In this document: piece by piece, positions 59,984 through 62,401 of the stretch | How positions within the stretch are numbered: position 1 is the first letter of the stretch | Layout of the letters: each line of letters begins with the position of its first letter | Assembly (NCBI GenBank): GCA_035367155.1 | Contig: DAOSJI010000004.1 | Span: 1-62,401, forward strand | Direction: 5' to 3' | From: Bacilli bacterium | GTDB taxonomy: Bacteria; Bacillota_I; Bacilli_A; RFN20; CAG-826 | DNA length: 62,401 nt | The notes under the pieces: generated by a model | Seen by the model: only the letters and a program-made list of their open reading frames with translations | Told to the model about the DNA's origin: nothing | The model's database searches: none | Program-made: the position numbers and the translations under genes

Positions 59984-60060
59984 AAAAATAAAGGCGGAGA
60001 CAAACTCCGCTTGACGAATGCGGTTACTGAGAATTCCATAGTTACCGCATAAATATAATA
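59984..60060 (-). ncRNA. array unit D2 (family D)
   Basis: Copy of D1 with 2 substitutions. One of them restores a pair (GCGGUAAC...GUAACCGC). Confidence 0.45.
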
Positions 60061-60082
60061 GTATATATTTTTAAAAATAAAT

Positions 60083-60284
60083 AAAAAATAGGCATTTCAG
60101 CCTATTATCGTAGGTTTTGAGTACACCATGCTTATCCCTGACACCTACAAACTACCGGGGCAACCGCGAATTAATAATGGCTGAAGCCTTACTACAGTGG
60201 TACTCCCTTCTGTAACCTTCTTAACGCACACCAGCAAGATTTCTCTTGCTCATATATTATTTATAAATATATTAAAATAGTCAA
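60083..60284 (-). ncRNA. array unit E3 (family E; identical to E1)
   Basis: By eye the sequence is identical to 58564-58765, including promoter and terminator. Confidence 0.65.
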
Positions 60285-60293
60285 TTATTTTAT

Positions 60294-60518
60294 AAAAAAT
60301 AGGTCTGATTTCTCACTCAGACCTGGGTGATGCGCCAACCCCGTTATCTCCGTGCTTATAAAAGTGAGGGAGGCGGTTTTAACTCTTCTCATAGTGGATG
60401 GCATGCCCTTTTACATTCCTAGCTTTATATGACGGCATCACTGGTCAACACATTATGGGCAAGAATGGCAAGATTAGTCTTGCGTTTATATTATTGATTA
60501 TAATTGTAAACATGTCAA
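60294..60518 (-). ncRNA. array unit F2 (family F)
   Basis: Canonical TTGACA (60518-60513), 17 nt spacer, AATAAT. 5' hairpin GCAAGA-CUAA-UCUUGC. The body is near-identical to F1. Confidence 0.6.
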
Positions 60519-60606
60519 ATAGATAAATAAAGGTTTATTTATTAGGGGATCAAAATATCGAAATAACACTAAATGATTATTAGTAATATATCTAATTTGC
60601 ACTATA

Positions 60607-60639
60607 GAAAAAAGCAAGTGCACTGGACACTTGCTTTTG
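60607..60639 (-). terminator. intrinsic terminator of the lipoprotein gene; right boundary of the ncRNA array
   Basis: AAGCAAGTG-CACTGGA-CACTTGCTT, flanked by an A run and a T run. Confidence 0.75.
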
Positions 60640-60670
60640 TGTTTACTTTTTAATTATGAGAAATTATTAG

Positions 60671-61216
60671 TTACTTATAAGTGATTTTCCATAGTTGTGT
60701 TTCAACTTTTTCATTTGCCTCATAACCTACGCCACTAGCTTCAATAGCAAATCCGTACTCATTATAAATAAAGTAGGCTTCATAATAATCACCACTTTCT
60801 TTATCAGGTATAAATTCTAGTTTAAGACGTTTATTAATTAAACGTTCAGTATAGAATTTAGCTTTACCTTCTGCGCCTTCTTCAGTATTAAACTCTCCAT
60901 ACTCACCAAAGTAGGCATCAACGGTGAACATCACAATAAATGCTAAAGTGATTTGTTCCTCTTCAGTTCCTTGGTTTCGCGAATCATCTTCTGCAAGACG
61001 GACCGTTGATTCAGTTTTTGAACCATCTTTTTCGACTTTTACTTTTGCTTCAATTTCTGTAAACTCTTCAAGTTCTTCACGTTTTTCAGCTGTGGCAAGT
61101 GCTTTTTCTTTAAATGTCGCATAAGATACTTCTTTATATCTTAAATTACTTAAAGAACAACTTCCTAAAAGTGCGACAAGTGAAAGAGTAGTAAAAATTT
61201 TTGTGATTTTTTTCAT
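60671..61216 (-). CDS. hypothetical lipoprotein (181 aa)
   Basis: AAGGAG RBS. Signal peptide with lipobox LLGSC. Confidence 0.7.
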   Translation of the reverse strand: MKKITKIFTTLSLVALLGSCSLSNLRYKEVSYATFKEKALATAEKREELEEFTEIEAKVKVEKDGSKTESTVRLAEDDSRNQGTEEEQITLAFIVMFTVDAYFGEYGEFNTEEGAEGKAKFYTERLINKRLKLEFIPDKESGDYYEAYFIYNEYGFAIEASGVGYEANEKVETQLWKITYK

Positions 61217-61494
61217 GGGTTTATATCTCCTTTTCTTTATAATATCATTAAATTTTAATTTATGGGAATACTATTTGTCTAAAAACTTATATTTCGGGAC
61301 CAAAAAAAAGTCGATATTATCGACATTTTGAACCTTAAAAAGGTAATAAATAGAGTATTCATTTAATATTTTATAAGTGGATCAATGGTTAATTTTATTG
61401 AAGTAAATGTTATATATTACGATCTTTAATACTATTAAAGCCTAGTTAAATAAATCTTTTTAATAAAAAAAGCATCTTAATGAATAAGATTGCT

Positions 61495-61560
61495 TTAGTT
61501 ATTAGCGAAGATAATTTGATCCATCACTAATTTTGCAATTTTAAGTAATAGTTTACTCAT
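61495..61560 (-). CDS. candidate 21-aa amphipathic peptide gene (MSKLLLKIAKLVMDQIIFANN), not in the ORF track
   Basis: AAGGAGGTG lies 7 nt upstream of the ATG (61560). TAA stop at 61497-61495. Intrinsic terminator directly downstream (about 61466-61494). Promoter: TTGCAA, 16 nt spacer, TATGAT. About 60-nt structured 5' UTR. Confidence 0.45.
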   Translation of the reverse strand: MSKLLLKIAKLVMDQIIFANN

Positions 61561-61741
61561 AATTACACCTCCTTTTCTTTTATTTGCTAGGGGGAGGGCA
61601 AGGGCAAGATTAACTTGCCCGATTATCATAACAAATAATAAATTATTTGCAAGGAAAATGCTTGATTATATAGTTAATTAGTAATTTTAGTGTTTATTTT
61701 CCTTGAACTCTAACAAAGTTATGATAATATATAAAAGCGCT

Positions 61742-61817
61742 GGATGTTTAGCTCAGCTGGGAGAGCATCTGTTTGACGTACAGAAGGTCGGGGGTTCGAT
61801 CCCCTCAGCATCCACCA
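61742..61817 (+). tRNA. tRNA-Val (anticodon GAC)
   Basis: Acceptor GGATGTT/AGCATCC, anticodon arm TCTGT-TTGACGT-ACAGA, encoded CCA. Promoter TTGAAC, 16 nt spacer, TAATAT. Terminator AACTCGC-ATTA-GCGAGTT plus T8. Confidence 0.9.
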
Positions 61818-61916
61818 TTTGATTTATAACTCGCATTAGCGAGTTTTTTTTGTTTATTTTACTCGTAATTTGAAAACTAACTAATAATTTATTAGAATAT
61901 TACTTGGAGGGAATAT

Positions 61917-62168
61917 ATGGCAAAAAAAGATAATAAAAAAGAAGAACAAGTCGTTGAAAGAAAGGAAAGAGCCCAAGTTTATCACGTTAAAAGAAGAGCA
62001 AGTGATGGAAAATGGGAAGTAAAATTAAGCAAAGGCGAAGTCGCTATTAAACTATTTAATACTCAAAAAGAAGCAATTGAAGAAGCCAAACGCTTATCTG
62101 AATCAACCGGAAGAGGTATGGTTGTTCACGGCTTAAAAGGTCAAGTTCGCAAGAAAAATACTTATTAG
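61917..62168 (+). CDS. DUF2188-like small basic protein
   Basis: GGAGG RBS. YHVKRRASDGKWEVKLSKGEVAIKLFNTQKEAIEEAKRLSESTGRGMVVHGLKGQVR fits the DUF2188 pattern as I recall it. Confidence 0.55.
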   Translation: MAKKDNKKEEQVVERKERAQVYHVKRRASDGKWEVKLSKGEVAIKLFNTQKEAIEEAKRLSESTGRGMVVHGLKGQVRKKNTY

Positions 62169-62207
62169 TTATTGCGAAACAATATTATTAACTTATAATT
62201 AAATGGC

Positions 62208-62281
62208 GCAGTCGTAGTTTAGTGGCAGAACTTTAGCTTCCCAAGCTAACCGTGCGGGTTCGATTCCCGTCGACTGCTCCA
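62208..62281 (+). tRNA. tRNA-Gly (anticodon CCC)
   Basis: Acceptor GCAGTCG/CGACTGC, discriminator U, anticodon arm TTAGC-TTCCCAA-GCTAA, encoded CCA. Confidence 0.85.
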
Positions 62282-62401
62282 ATTCTATTTTGATTAGTAT
62301 TATACATAATTAGAATTAGGGCTTAATAAAGCCATTTGTTTTTAAGACAAGAGTCTATCAAGGTTGTAAAATTACTTCCTAGATAGATTTTTTTACTTTT
62401 A

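Larger units (their letters stand above)
59379..60518 (-). repeat. segmental duplication, copy 2 (units A2-B3-C2-B4-X-D2-E3-F2), with unit X as an extra insertion
   Basis: See copy 1. Unit X (59818-59982) has no counterpart in copy 1. Confidence 0.85.

Noticed and set aside
58030-60518. The repeat-rich non-coding region read as a CRISPR array.
   Set aside because: There is no short direct repeat alternating with unique spacers. The repeating entities are 80-230-bp units of several unrelated families, each with its own promoter and terminator. There are no cas genes in the window.
58030-60518. The region read as an integron cassette array (attC sites), or as MITE or IS debris.
   Set aside because: There is no integrase or transposase nearby, no terminal inverted repeats or target duplications, and no attC-like R''-L''/L'-R' symmetry. 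The regular -35/-10/terminator grammar fits transcription units better.

Overview
This is a low-GC bacterial chromosome segment that uses the standard genetic code (UGA is a stop, for example at cdsA and pyrH). Gene content and order look like a Firmicutes-derived, Acholeplasma-like or Erysipelotrichia-like lineage, but that lineage call is inference only.

Layout:
- 1-3443: the end of an rRNA operon (16S 3' tail, a spacer without tRNAs, 23S, 5S).
- 3.4-6.1 kb: four tandem paralogous small membrane-protein genes plus one membrane PH-like protein.
- 6.1-37.4 kb: classical housekeeping synteny. The blocks are asp23-fakA-(BaxI-like)-plsX-rnc-ftsY-ylxM-ffh; an inverted rpsP-KH-rimM-trmD block; a purine permease; rplS-lepB-rbgA-rnhB-dprA-topA-trmFO-xerC; and rpsB-tsf-pyrH-frr-uppS-cdsA-dxr-rseP-polC.
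- 37.4-62.4 kb: an accessory-looking region.

The accessory region contains:
- Nine dispersed singleton tRNA genes, all with C34 or G34 anticodons.
- A glycosyltransferase-acyltransferase fusion.
- speA-speB, degV, cls and an acyl-ACP thioesterase.
- A c-di-AMP (ydaO-class) riboswitch in front of a cation:proton antiporter plus PII-like operon. Its architecture predicts a translational ON switch.
- Surface or secreted proteins: a DUF6273-type protein, lipoproteins and an S8 protease.

The stand-out feature is at 58030-60518. It is a 2.5-kb ORF-free array of 17 back-to-back minus-strand mini transcription units. Each has a sigma-A-type promoter, a structured body and an intrinsic terminator. 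They fall into about 7 small-RNA families, with compensatory base changes and a mosaic segmental duplication. I could not assign them to any RNA family I know.

No CRISPR array, IS element or prophage gene was recognised.
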